The notes beneath the pieces are model-generated. The model saw only the letters and a program-made list of their open reading frames with translations, did no database searches and was not told the origin of the DNA. Source: an uncultured Verrucomicrobiae bacterium (GTDB taxonomy: Bacteria; Verrucomicrobiota; Verrucomicrobiia; Chthoniobacterales; JAFAMB01). From it: a DNA stretch of 64,000 nucleotides. Within the stretch, counting starts at the first letter, position 1. Every line of letters starts with the position of its first letter. Shown piece by piece: positions 19,647 through 29,762 of the stretch. The translations under genes and the position numbers were made by a program. The stretch is taken from NCBI GenBank assembly GCA_963837955.1, contig CAWIPH010000002.1, positions 1,056,001 through 1,120,000 of the forward strand, read 5' to 3'.

Positions 19647-20816
19647 TTACTCCTCCTTTCTGGCAGGCAACGCGAAATAGAAAGTCGCACCCTGGCCGAG
19701 TTTCGATTCTGCCCAAACCCTTCCACCATGCCGAAGGACGATACGCTGCACCAGCGCCAGTCCCACACCGGTGCCGGCAAATTCATCGCGAGTGTGTAGC
19801 CGTTCGAACACGCCGAACAACCTCGCGCTATATTTTTCATCAAAGCCCACGCCGTTGTCTTTCACGTAATACACATTTTGGTTGTCAGCGAGCCATCCTC
19901 CAACCTCTATGATTGGATCCTTTCGTGCCCCGGAGAATTTGATAGCGTTGTCCAGGAGATTGACGAAGACCTGGCCCAGCATAGCTGGATCCCCTCGCGT
20001 GGTCGGAAGCGTTTTCATGTTCAATTCGGGTGCCTTGGTGAGGTCGACCGCGACGAGTGTCTCAAAAGCGCTCGTGGCCAATGCCGTCATGTCAATGTCC
20101 ATGAACGCCAACTGCTGCCGGCCCAGGCGAGAGAAAGCCAGCAAATCGTCGATCAATTGACCCATGCGTTTGGCCTCACTACAAATTACTGCCAGCAGGC
20201 GCTTGCCTTCATCGTCGAGTTTACTCGCATGATCTTCTAGAATGAGCTGGGAGTAACCGATGACGGCTCGCAAGGGGGCACGCAAATCATGCGAGACAGA
20301 GTAGGAAAAGGCCTCTAGTTCTTGGTTGATAACTCCTAACTCGGCGGTGCGCAGGCGTACCCGCTCTTCCAATTCTCCGGTCAGTTTGTGAAATTGCGCT
20401 TCGGCCCTCAGCCGGTCGGTGATGTCATGCGCAAGAATGAGTTTCGCTTTTTTTTCTCCGAAAAGAAAACGATGCGACGTCACTTCTACATCGATCAAAG
20501 TGCCGTTTTTCTTCCGGTGTCTCCAAATACTCGTAACATTTGCAGCGGAACGATTAGCTGCGACGTCCGCGATTAGGGCCGGGATATCTTCCTCCGGTCG
20601 GATGTCTTTGATCGTCATCGCCAGAAATTCTTCCCGCGAATAGCCGTAGTGCCGAATGGCCGCGTCGTTGACCGTCAGAAAACGAAGTGTTGCCGAGTCG
20701 TAAACCCACATCGGCAGCGGATTATGCTCAAACAAAAGTTGGTATCGAGCTTCCGAATACCGCTCCTGTTCGTCGGCTTCGTTGTTGTCATTTTCGCTCC
20801 GAGATTCAGCGCTCAT
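19647..20816 (-). CDS. PAS-domain sensor histidine kinase
   Basis: PAS (NPLPMWVYD...YGYSREEF), H-box SHDLRAPL, N box [10 protein letters not shown] boxes. Confidence 0.93.
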   Translation of the reverse strand: MSAESRSENDNNEADEQERYSEARYQLLFEHNPLPMWVYDSATLRFLTVNDAAIRHYGYSREEFLAMTIKDIRPEEDIPALIADVAANRSAANVTSIWRHRKKNGTLIDVEVTSHRFLFGEKKAKLILAHDITDRLRAEAQFHKLTGELEERVRLRTAELGVINQELEAFSYSVSHDLRAPLRAVIGYSQLILEDHASKLDDEGKRLLAVICSEAKRMGQLIDDLLAFSRLGRQQLAFMDIDMTALATSAFETLVAVDLTKAPELNMKTLPTTRGDPAMLGQVFVNLLDNAIKFSGARKDPIIEVGGWLADNQNVYYVKDNGVGFDEKYSARLFGVFERLHTRDEFAGTGVGLALVQRIVLRHGGRVWAESKLGQGATFYFALPARKEE

Positions 20817-20964
20817 CTCTGTTTGTTTGCCCGCGTCTATTTCGAATGAAGCAATGTATTTGGAACAATCCGGGATGGCGACACCGAGATCTTTGAGCCT
20901 GTTTGAACCGTCCGGACGGATAGTCGTATCTGAATCGATTTATCCCTGCATACCTATTGGACGT

Positions 20965-21200
20965 TTTTTTAGGCTGTACCGATGCATATTTTTTGGTCGC
21001 ATAGCCTACTAACGCTCCGATGATGCTCCCCGGATCTATGATCTGGAATAGTAGTATTCACCAGTATCCGAAGGAAGGGCCGCAACCAAGAACGCGAGCG
21101 GGAAACCAACCGCTAGCCCGAAAAGTCCCCCCCAAGTTACCGAACGCACTTTGCGGGCAAACAGGCCAGCGGCGACTCCGGCGATGCCTGGACGGAGTCG
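20965..21200 (-). pseudogene. 5'-truncated, frameshifted small multi-TM membrane protein
   Basis: GIAGVAAGLFARKVRSVTWGGLFGLAVGFPLAFLVAALPSDTGEYY, then after a 1-nt shift near 21048 FQIIDPGSIIGALVGYATKKY. Confidence 0.55.
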
Positions 21201-21480
21201 TGGGAAACGCGCCACCCTGAAAATATCCGATTTTTACGGCCATTTTTGTCTCCGAGACTTGGCGATCCTTTGTCGCCTGTCCCGCTCAACCAACATTATT
21301 AACAGAATTATCGAGTCTCCGTCGAGTCCGGAACGAATTTCTACAAGCCCGCTCTTCTCCTGTTCTCCAGGGAGGGGGTGCGGGCCTGCCCACCCTCCCC
21401 ATCGGAGCCTGGTCAGCATTCCGAGGAGGAGGACGACGAGCACGAGAACAAAAATCCCCGCGAACACCCAAGATTTCCAA

Positions 21481-23826
21481 CTAGGAAGTCGCAACGGTAT
21501 CAGGATCCCGGACAACACTTTGCCGCAAACGTCTACTGGCTTGGACCAGGTTCTCCAGAGCAGGGACAACTTCCTCCCATCGGCGCGTCTTTAAGCCGCA
21601 ATCGGGATTCACCCAAAGCTGCTCAGGTGTAAGCACTACTAACGCCTTGCGCAGTAAATTCTCCATTTCGTCCACCGTTGGTACCCGTGGAGAGTGGATA
21701 TCCCACACCCCAGGACCGATGTCCGCCGGATACCGAAATTGGACAAAAGCAGCGAGTAGCTCCATCCGCGAACGTGAAGTCTCGATCGAGATTACGTCAG
21801 CGTCGAGCGCTGCGATGGACTCAATGATATCGTTAAACTCTGAATAGCACATGTGCGTGTGAATCTGGGTTTCATCCCGCACTCCAGCCGCCGCAAAACG
21901 AAATGCCTCCGCGGCCCATTGCAGGTAGGTGCTTCGATCGGCTTGTCGAAGCGGCAACCCTTCCCGAAATGCCGGCTCGTCAATTTGGATAATCCCAATC
22001 CCGGCGGCTTCGAGATCACGCACTTCGTCGCGGAGCGCCAAAGCGATCTGACGGGCCGATTCCTGTCTTGGCTGATCATCCCGGACAAAGCTCCACTGCA
22101 GTATGGTGACCGGACCAGTGAGCATCCCTTTCATCGGGCGTCGAGTGAGAGATGCGGCATACTGCGACCACCGCACCGTCATCGGCCGTGGCCGCGATAC
22201 GTCGCCGTAGAGGAGGGGCGGTTTCACGCAGCGTGTACCATAACTCTGGACCCAGCCATTCTTCGTGAAGGCGAAGCCTTCCAGTTGTTCACCGAAATAT
22301 TCGACCATATCGTTCCTTTCGAACTCGCCATGGGCGAGCACATCCAAGTCGATCCGTTCCTGCAAATCCACCGCGTTGCGGATTTCTGACTCAATGAACT
22401 GGTCGTATTGCTTCTCTGTCCATTCGCCTCGCTTTTGCCGCGCTCGAGCTGCACGCACTTCCGTGGTTTGCGGAAAAGAGCCGATGACAGTGGTGGGAAA
22501 GAGTGGCAGACCGAAGCGGCGCCGTTGCACTTGCTTGCGTTCGGCAAACGGAGATCTGCGATGTGTCTCGGAATCCGATATCCCTTTTAGGCGTGCGCGG
22601 ATAGCGTCGTTTTGGGTGCGTAGACTATTCCTTCGGGCCATCTGTGCTACTGCGTTGTCGCGAAGCGCTTCGGAGGCTGACCCTGCTAACGCTTTTCCGA
22701 GGGTTACTACTTCCTGAAGTTTCTCGTCCGCGAAAGCAAGCCAACGACGGAGTTCCGCATCGAGTTGATTTTCGTTCTGCAGCGAAACCGGCACGTGCAA
22801 AAGCGAACATGACGGCGCGACCCAGAGCCGTTCGGCTCCGAGCTTTGTTTGCGCCTTTCGTAGAAGCGAAAGAGATTTAGAAAAGTCGTTGCGCCAGACG
22901 TTGCGGCCATCTACTACACCAACGCTGAGAACGGTACTCGATGGTAGCGCTTCGAGGAGTGGATCCAGATCATGTGGTGCGCGCACGGCGTCAACATGCA
23001 GCCCATCCACCGGCATCCCGGCGAAGGTCGCGAGATTGTCACGCAAATCGCCAAAGTAACTGGCAACCAATAATCGTAATTGGGGTAGGCGGGTCCGCAG
23101 CAAGGTATAGGTGGAGAGTAGTGCGGCCCGCTCGGAATCCGTGAGATCGAGAGCAAAGATCGGTTCGTCGAGCTGAACCCACGTAGCCCCTTCCGCCCCA
23201 AGTAGCTCGAGTACCTGGCAATAGACAGGAAGAAGGCGATCGAGCAGTGCTAACGGGCTGAATCCATCGGAACCATGATATTTTCCGAGCCGTAGAAATG
23301 TCACGGGTCCAATCAGCACGGGGACCGTTCGGATTCCCAGTGCCAAGGCCTCTCGAAATTCCTCTACCGGTTTACTGGTCGCCAAGCGAAACGATGTCTG
23401 CGCATCGAATTCAGGAACAAGGTAGTGATAGTTCGTATCGAACCACTTCGTCATCTCTAGTGCCACAGCCGCACCTTGAATGTGATTTGCGTCATGAGTT
23501 CCCACATCGCCGCGAGCCATCTTGAAATAGGTGGTCAGGTCTACCGAAGCGTCGCTCCAACCGAAGCGCTTCGGCACACAGCCCACCAGGGCGGCCGTGT
23601 CGCACATCTGGTCGTAGAAACTGAAGTCGTTGCTAGGGATTAAGTCGATCCCAAGGGTTTGTTGTCTTTGCCAGTGATTCCGTCGCAGCTTCGCCGCAAT
23701 AGCCAGAAGCTCGGTTTCGGCAATGGTACCGTTCCAAAATGCTTCCGTAGCTCGTTTGAGTTCCCGGTTTTCGCCGATGCGCGGATAGCCGAGATTATGG
23801 GTCTTGATCTGTGCAAATGTCTGCAT
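21481..23826 (-). CDS. metE: Cobalamin-independent methionine synthase
   Basis: LGYPRIG, MTKWFDTNYHY, HTHMCYSEF and WVNPDCGLKTR motifs; ATG at 23826. Confidence 0.97.
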   Translation of the reverse strand: MQTFAQIKTHNLGYPRIGENRELKRATEAFWNGTIAETELLAIAAKLRRNHWQRQQTLGIDLIPSNDFSFYDQMCDTAALVGCVPKRFGWSDASVDLTTYFKMARGDVGTHDANHIQGAAVALEMTKWFDTNYHYLVPEFDAQTSFRLATSKPVEEFREALALGIRTVPVLIGPVTFLRLGKYHGSDGFSPLALLDRLLPVYCQVLELLGAEGATWVQLDEPIFALDLTDSERAALLSTYTLLRTRLPQLRLLVASYFGDLRDNLATFAGMPVDGLHVDAVRAPHDLDPLLEALPSSTVLSVGVVDGRNVWRNDFSKSLSLLRKAQTKLGAERLWVAPSCSLLHVPVSLQNENQLDAELRRWLAFADEKLQEVVTLGKALAGSASEALRDNAVAQMARRNSLRTQNDAIRARLKGISDSETHRRSPFAERKQVQRRRFGLPLFPTTVIGSFPQTTEVRAARARQKRGEWTEKQYDQFIESEIRNAVDLQERIDLDVLAHGEFERNDMVEYFGEQLEGFAFTKNGWVQSYGTRCVKPPLLYGDVSRPRPMTVRWSQYAASLTRRPMKGMLTGPVTILQWSFVRDDQPRQESARQIALALRDEVRDLEAAGIGIIQIDEPAFREGLPLRQADRSTYLQWAAEAFRFAAAGVRDETQIHTHMCYSEFNDIIESIAALDADVISIETSRSRMELLAAFVQFRYPADIGPGVWDIHSPRVPTVDEMENLLRKALVVLTPEQLWVNPDCGLKTRRWEEVVPALENLVQASRRLRQSVVRDPDTVATS

Positions 23827-23980
23827 GGTCTGTCTTCTATGTGGTGCGCGGCTGCCCAACCGCAGTCAGTTTCTGCGAGGAGACCGACACAACCCTTCGG
23901 CCATGCAACGGGTCTCACTCCCATCGTAGGCGCGACGGGTGCCCGCGTTTCCAAACGCGGGTCTTGATGAGCACGATTGA

Positions 23981-24145
23981 GCAGGTCTTCTGACTCTGGA
24001 GTTATCCTCTGGTCCCACCTTACCATTCCTTGCGGAACAGTGGCGTTTCGGAACCTTCGTCGTCCATCACAGCGGCGCTACCGTTCGGGATTTGCACCCG
24101 ATTCCCTATTCTCCTCTGACCGTAATCAGAGGCACTCACTCGTGT
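23981..24145 (-). ncRNA. Cobalamin (AdoCbl) riboswitch
   Basis: Minus strand reads AATAGGGAATCGGGTGCAAATCCCGAACGG...GCTGTGA...GCCACTG...GAGTCAGAAGACCTGC (B12 box); lies upstream of metE. Confidence 0.93.
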
Positions 24146-24399
24146 TTCGAGGCTTTCGCCCCAAGCTATTCAAAGAACCCTCAAAAGAAATTATCTTCGA
24201 GACGCTTCTAAACTGCTCTCAGTTTGATGCTCTGTCACGCGGGTTTCAGAACGTTTTTTGCTCCACTTCGGCTTCGAGAAGATCTGAGCCGACAATTCGA
24301 CTTCCCCCTGATGACGCGGTGACAAATCGGCCGGCATAACATTACGGCTACTCCCTGTCGGCAAACGTAACCTCGGTGATCCGCTCTGATCGAGACTAG

Positions 24400-26073
24400 C
24401 TAGTTTTTGGCGTCCAGACAGTCGCGCACTTTGCCCAAGAACTTGTCCAATTGGAACGGTTTCTCACAGAAATCCGCGTGCATGCGTAGCGGGGAATCGT
24501 TGCCCAAAACATCGTCGGTATAACCACTGCAATAAATTACTTTAAGCTCGGGTTTCTCTGAACGCATTTGCTCGGCCAGAGCTCGTCCGCCGATGCCTCC
24601 AGGCATTACCATGTCCGTCACGACCAAGTCGATAGCGGCCCGGTCTTGTCGCCAAATCTCCAAAGCGGCAACGCCGGAAACAGCGGCGAGAGTTCGATAT
24701 CCGTGATGCTCTAACACGTTCCGCATCAACTGGCGCACGGCTTCTTCATCCTCAACCAGTAGGATCGTTTCGGTACCTCCCCGTATGTTTGGCGTCTTGG
24801 CGGGTCGGGCTGTGGACTCCCTGATTTTGGCTGATCTTGGCAGATACAAATGAAAGGTGGTTCCGACATTCACCTCGCTCTCCACCTCGATCCACCCGCG
24901 ATGCTGTTCGACGATACTAAAGACGGTAGCCAGCCCGAGCCCAGTGCCTTTACCCAATTCTTTGGTGGTGAAAAACGGTTCGAAGATATGAGGTAAATGC
25001 TCTGCAGCAATACCAGTGCCCGTATCGCCAACGCTAAGGCGCACATACTCGCCGGGCCGCCGAGATCGCCCTTCGGCTTCATTTTCGACTCGAGCCGTTT
25101 GGAGAACTATTCGTCCGCCCTTGGGCATGGCGTCGCGCGAATTGACGGCGAAATTGACTAGCACCTGTTCCATCATGCCTGGGTCCACATGCACAGGTGC
25201 GCCGCCTCGGGCGTATCGAGTCTCCAGAGCAATGTGCTCCCCGATGAGACGCTGTAGCATGCTGGCGACGTTTGCGACGACCGCGTTCAAATCGAGGTTT
25301 TGAGGTTCCATTAGTTGACGGCGCCCAAAGGTCAACAAATGGCGGGTTAGGCTGGCCGCTCGGTCAGCGGCGGCGGCGATTTCGGCTGCGGCGCAGGCCT
25401 GTTCTGTTCTTGATAGCTGGCCCGTTCGCAGGAGTGACGCGTTGCCCTTGATCACGGTCAAGATATTGTTGAAATCGTGAGCGATGCCGCCGGCCAACTG
25501 GCCGAGCGCTTCCATCTTTTGGGCTTGGCGCAACCGCTCCTCCAGAAGCTGGCGTTCAATCCCGATTCCCGCGAGGTGGGTAGTACTCTCGATGAGTTGA
25601 ATCTCGGTCCGGGTGGGAGCCCGTACTTCACGGTAGTACATGGCGAACGTGCCCAGCACTTTCGCTTGGCGCGAAAAGATCGGAGTTGACCAGCACGCTC
25701 GAAGCCCATGCGGCGCCGCCAGATGACGATATGCCGCCCAGAGTGGGTCGCTCCGGATGTCAGTGACGATGACTTGCTCTTTCCGATACGCAGCTGTCCC
25801 GCACGATCCAGCGTTTGGACCGATCGCACAGCCATCAATAGCTTTAGTATAAACCTCGGGAAGACTCGGCGCTGCGCCATGCCGCAGGTGCTTTCCATTT
25901 GGACCTAAAAGCAGGACAGAGCAGAGCATTCCCTTGCATTGGGATTCGTTAAGGCGCATCAGCTTTTCCAGCACGTCCTCCAATGGCGCGCCTCTGGCAA
26001 TCATTTCGAGGATTCCGTTTTGTCCCGCGCGCAAGGCTTTTGCCCGCTGGCGCTCGGCGAAGTTGTGAATCAT
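24400..26073 (-). CDS. Hybrid GAF sensor histidine kinase / response regulator
   Basis: GAF (GSCGTAAY...CWSTPI), [25 protein letters not shown] domain; start uncertain (26073 or 26232). Confidence 0.92.
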   Translation of the reverse strand: MIHNFAERQRAKALRAGQNGILEMIARGAPLEDVLEKLMRLNESQCKGMLCSVLLLGPNGKHLRHGAAPSLPEVYTKAIDGCAIGPNAGSCGTAAYRKEQVIVTDIRSDPLWAAYRHLAAPHGLRACWSTPIFSRQAKVLGTFAMYYREVRAPTRTEIQLIESTTHLAGIGIERQLLEERLRQAQKMEALGQLAGGIAHDFNNILTVIKGNASLLRTGQLSRTEQACAAAEIAAAADRAASLTRHLLTFGRRQLMEPQNLDLNAVVANVASMLQRLIGEHIALETRYARGGAPVHVDPGMMEQVLVNFAVNSRDAMPKGGRIVLQTARVENEAEGRSRRPGEYVRLSVGDTGTGIAAEHLPHIFEPFFTTKELGKGTGLGLATVFSIVEQHRGWIEVESEVNVGTTFHLYLPRSAKIRESTARPAKTPNIRGGTETILLVEDEEAVRQLMRNVLEHHGYRTLAAVSGVAALEIWRQDRAAIDLVVTDMVMPGGIGGRALAEQMRSEKPELKVIYCSGYTDDVLGNDSPLRMHADFCEKPFQLDKFLGKVRDCLDAKN

Positions 26074-26418
26074 GGTTTGGCTTTCGAGCAGAGCCCAAGT
26101 CAGAACGAAATGGCCAGTTGACGCATTTATTCCCGGGAGGTGCGATCGGACCTTGCGGTCAGATGCCTTTGAAACAATTCTTTTTGCTCGATGTTCATCA
26201 GTTGCGGGCTGCGTCCCAAGCGACAACAGCAAGTACAGTCTAAGGGAAAGAGCCCGAAGATTGCCAGCTAAGATCTACGAAGAAAAAATGGTCTTCCTCA
26301 GCGCCTTTCACCAATCGCGACAAAAAATCGCCTACCGGTTGGGTGAATTTCCTGTTCGCTTGTTCCTCCCTGGAACTTGTCTAAGATGAAGAAACCGCGG
26401 ATAAAGGATTGTCAACGA

Positions 26419-28149
26419 ATGGAGACGCCAAGACGAATCATAACGCGCACCGCGTGGCGCCTGGCGAAAAATTATTGGACATCCGAAGAGAAACGGCCCG
26501 CTTGGGCCCTCCTCCTGACTGTGGTCTCGTTGAACCTCGGCAACGTCTATATCGGTGTCCGAATCAATCAATGGAATAGAGCTTTCTACGACGCCCTCCA
26601 AGCGTTCGATATGCACGAGCTATTCCACCAGATCGGCATCTTCTCTGTCTTGGTGGTTTGCGCGGTTTTGATCTCTGTCTCGGCCCTTTATTTCACCCAG
26701 ATGCTGCAGATTCGCTGGCGGCGCTGGTTGACGCTGAGATATCTTGCCGCCTGGCTCGCTGATCGCGCTTACTACAAGCTCCAGCTAGGAAATACGGCCG
26801 ACAACCCGGACCAGCGAATCTCCGAGGACCTCAATCAATTCACCGGCTTTGTGCTGAGCCTGTCGCTCGGCCTTATTTCATCGGCCACCTCCTTGTTTTC
26901 ATTTCTCGCCATTCTCTGGGGGCTCTCCGGAGCGGCGGCGATCCCACTGGGTCCGTGGGGAACGGTACACATACCTGGCTATCTCGTCTGGGCAGCTCTG
27001 ATCTATGCCAGCATCGGTACGTGGCTTGCCGTCACCATCGGCCGGCCGCTGGTAGCATTGAATTCCGCCCGGCAGCGCTTCGAGGCCGACTTCAGGTTCA
27101 GCTTGGTCCATCTGAGGGAGCATGCCGAGGGCGTTGCTTTGTACGGCGGCGAGCCCGTCGAACTCGGCCTCCTCGACGAGCGCTTCCGCAACGTGTTCGT
27201 GAATTTTCGGCAGATCATGAAGCAACAGATACGCCTCAGCGCGTTTACGCTGAGTTACGCCCAAATAGCGGTCATCTTCCCCGTGGTGGTCGTTTCGCCC
27301 CGTTACTTCGCCAGGCAGATCCTATTGGGTGGCCTCATGCAGGCGGTCAACGCATTTTCATTCGTCCAGAACTCGCTCTCCTTCATCATTAACTCGTACA
27401 ATGATATCGCCACCTGGGAGGCCGTGACTCAGCGACTGGGTGACTTTGAGGAGCGGCTGCTCGCGATCCGGGAGTCAATGCGCGCACGCCAGTCGATCGC
27501 TATCCGGCGTCGGGGCGGGGGCGGTGTGGCGGTCGACCACCTCGATCTCGATTTGCCTGACGGCACGCCACTTTTGCGCGGAATTACATTTGCTGTAAGT
27601 CGCGGCGAGGCTCAGCTGGTCGTCGGCCCATCGGGCTCGGGAAAGAGCACCTTGCTGCGCGCTATCGCTGGAATCTGGCCATTCGGCCGCGGTAAAATCA
27701 GGCTGGGTAAAGGACAAATCGCGTTTGTGCCGCAACGGCCGTATCTGCCGCTTGGCACTTTGGCCGACGCCTTGCTTTACCCAAGCGGTACTAAAACCAG
27801 CGTCCCGATGGAGCTCCCTGCCGTACTCGAGGAAGTAGGGCTTGGCGCGCTCGCGCGCGAATTGGATAAGGTCGACAATTGGTCCGAGCGGCTATCGCTA
27901 GGCGAACAGCAGGGTCTAGTCTTCGCCCGTATTCTCCTGGCCAAACCAGCTCTCCTTTTCCTGGATGAAGCAACGTCTGCCCTCGATGAGTCGGCCGAGA
28001 CGCGCCTATTGGGTCTGCTACGTACGGAAACGTGGCGACCTACTGTGGTGAGTGTAGGCCACGGACCTATCTTGCGAAAATTTCACGACCATGTCGTCGA
28101 TCTCGCCGAATTCAGGCCACATCAAGAAACAACCGTGACGCATCAATGA
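26419..28149 (+). CDS. YddA/BacA(Rv1819c)-type fused ABC transporter, paralog 1
   Basis: DNPDQRISED, EADFRFSL, Walker A GPSGSGKS, LSLGEQQ, LDEATS; ATG 26419 after AAAGGA aligns with the paralog start. Confidence 0.9.
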   Translation: METPRRIITRTAWRLAKNYWTSEEKRPAWALLLTVVSLNLGNVYIGVRINQWNRAFYDALQAFDMHELFHQIGIFSVLVVCAVLISVSALYFTQMLQIRWRRWLTLRYLAAWLADRAYYKLQLGNTADNPDQRISEDLNQFTGFVLSLSLGLISSATSLFSFLAILWGLSGAAAIPLGPWGTVHIPGYLVWAALIYASIGTWLAVTIGRPLVALNSARQRFEADFRFSLVHLREHAEGVALYGGEPVELGLLDERFRNVFVNFRQIMKQQIRLSAFTLSYAQIAVIFPVVVVSPRYFARQILLGGLMQAVNAFSFVQNSLSFIINSYNDIATWEAVTQRLGDFEERLLAIRESMRARQSIAIRRRGGGGVAVDHLDLDLPDGTPLLRGITFAVSRGEAQLVVGPSGSGKSTLLRAIAGIWPFGRGKIRLGKGQIAFVPQRPYLPLGTLADALLYPSGTKTSVPMELPAVLEEVGLGALARELDKVDNWSERLSLGEQQGLVFARILLAKPALLFLDEATSALDESAETRLLGLLRTETWRPTVVSVGHGPILRKFHDHVVDLAEFRPHQETTVTHQ

Positions 28150-29420
28150 GGGTTTCCGATAAAAAACTGTTGGAGGAAGTGCAACGTCGCGCCGTTCGCT
28201 TCTTTTGGGAGAAGGCCGATCCAACTACTGGATTGGTGAACGACCGCGCCAACAATTTTGGCGCCGATGATGAAACGGTGGCTTCCATAGCCTCTACCGG
28301 TTACGGGTTAGCGGCATTGCCGATCGCTGTGGAACGCGGCTGGCTAAGTCGGCATGATGCCGCCGCCCGAGCTCGCGCCACTTTGCATTTCTTGCTGACG
28401 ATGCCGAATAACCACGGTTGGTTGGTTCACTTTGTGGATAGACGCACCGGCCAGCGCGTTTGGGGAAGTGAGTATTCGAGCATTGATACAGCCCTGCTAG
28501 TGGCCGGAGCTCTGATTTGCGGCCAATATTTTGCTCGTGACGTATCAACCCTCGATATCTTCGACTTAAGCGACGCGCTGTACCGAAGGATTGGCTGGTG
28601 GTGGCTGCTCACAAACAATAACACCCAGCCACATAAGAAGGTGCTGTCACACGGCTGGTGGCCCGAAACCGGTTTCATACCAAACAATTACGCTGACTAC
28701 AGCGAGGCAATCTTACTCTACCTGTTGGGCTTAGGTGCGCCCCTCCGGCCGCTACCGGGGACGACGTGGGATGCCTTCGAAAGGCCGTTACAGACCTATG
28801 CAGGGATCGAATGGTTAAAGGCCGGCCCAATTTTCATTCATCAAATGCCCTATGGATATTTCGATCTTCGCAATCAACGAGATCGGCTGGGGTTCGACTA
28901 TTGGGTCTCGTCGACAAACGCGATGAAAATACATCGGCAGTTTTGCCTCGACTTGGCCGGAGAGCGCCAAACGTATGCCCAAGGATTCTGGGGCATCAAC
29001 GCGAGCGACGGTCCGGATGGATACCGCGCATACGGCGCGGTGGAAGGCCCCGAGGATGGAACGGTGTCGCCTACCGGCGCGATCTGCTCCATCACGTTTA
29101 CGCCGGAGCTGGCTATCTCTGCTGCGCGCGCCTTTTACGAAAAGGACGGAGGAGCGCTCTGGGGCAACTACGGTTTCGTGAACGCGTTCAACGTTGATCG
29201 AAACTGGTCTTCCTCTGTCGTCATCGGCATCGACTTAGGCATGGCGCTTCTGGCGATCGAGAACCATCGGAGCGGTTTGGTCTGGGACCTCATGAGTAAC
29301 TTCTATTCCACGGCCCCCGCACTCGCGTCTGCCGGATTCCGTTCTACTGCTGAGCCTGAACCACGGCCTGTCTACCGGCCCGAGGGAGATGGGGCGGAGC
29401 CAAAAAATGTATTACCATAA
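28146..29420 (+). CDS. Glucoamylase-like (alpha/alpha)6 glycoside hydrolase, GH144-like (beta-1,2-glucanase family)
   Basis: RFFWE...GLVNDR, ASIASTGYGL, SSIDTALL, YSEAILLYLL, FIHQ, YGFVNAFN and GIDLG...IENHR motifs; ATGA-coupled to the ABC gene. Confidence 0.82.
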   Translation: MRVSDKKLLEEVQRRAVRFFWEKADPTTGLVNDRANNFGADDETVASIASTGYGLAALPIAVERGWLSRHDAAARARATLHFLLTMPNNHGWLVHFVDRRTGQRVWGSEYSSIDTALLVAGALICGQYFARDVSTLDIFDLSDALYRRIGWWWLLTNNNTQPHKKVLSHGWWPETGFIPNNYADYSEAILLYLLGLGAPLRPLPGTTWDAFERPLQTYAGIEWLKAGPIFIHQMPYGYFDLRNQRDRLGFDYWVSSTNAMKIHRQFCLDLAGERQTYAQGFWGINASDGPDGYRAYGAVEGPEDGTVSPTGAICSITFTPELAISAARAFYEKDGGALWGNYGFVNAFNVDRNWSSSVVIGIDLGMALLAIENHRSGLVWDLMSNFYSTAPALASAGFRSTAEPEPRPVYRPEGDGAEPKNVLP

Positions 29421-29762
29421 CTAAAACGATTGCTGTTCTGGAATCGTGCATTCTACCCTTCGACTCAGCCCGGGAGTGTGAGGTCTGCTACCAATCGTTG
29501 CTCTGTTCGTTTGTAAAATCTTTGTACGACCGAGTTTCCACGATATTTAATTTATCATCTCAACCTGATCAGAAAGGTTGTATATTGGAGCGTACGCACG
29601 GTCTAAAATGGGTTTATTTTGGTCTGGAAAAAAATCGCACTGGTTGCTAAACTCAGCGGCGAAAAATCCGATGTGTTATAACGGAGGTTCCTTCCGGACG
29701 TCGCAGGTGAACGTCGCCCGGAACACAGGTAGTAGGTTAAGAATGGCGAGGAGTTTCTGTTA

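Noticed and set aside
21234..21569. 111-aa ORF with a hydrophobic stretch
   Set aside because: Overlaps the metE 3' end; the hydrophobic run derives from a CTCGTC-type repeat
24268..24295. Possible sixth micro-element copy (TCGGCT...AGCCGAC)
   Set aside because: The ends differ from the GTCCGAC/GTCGGA consensus; too weak to include
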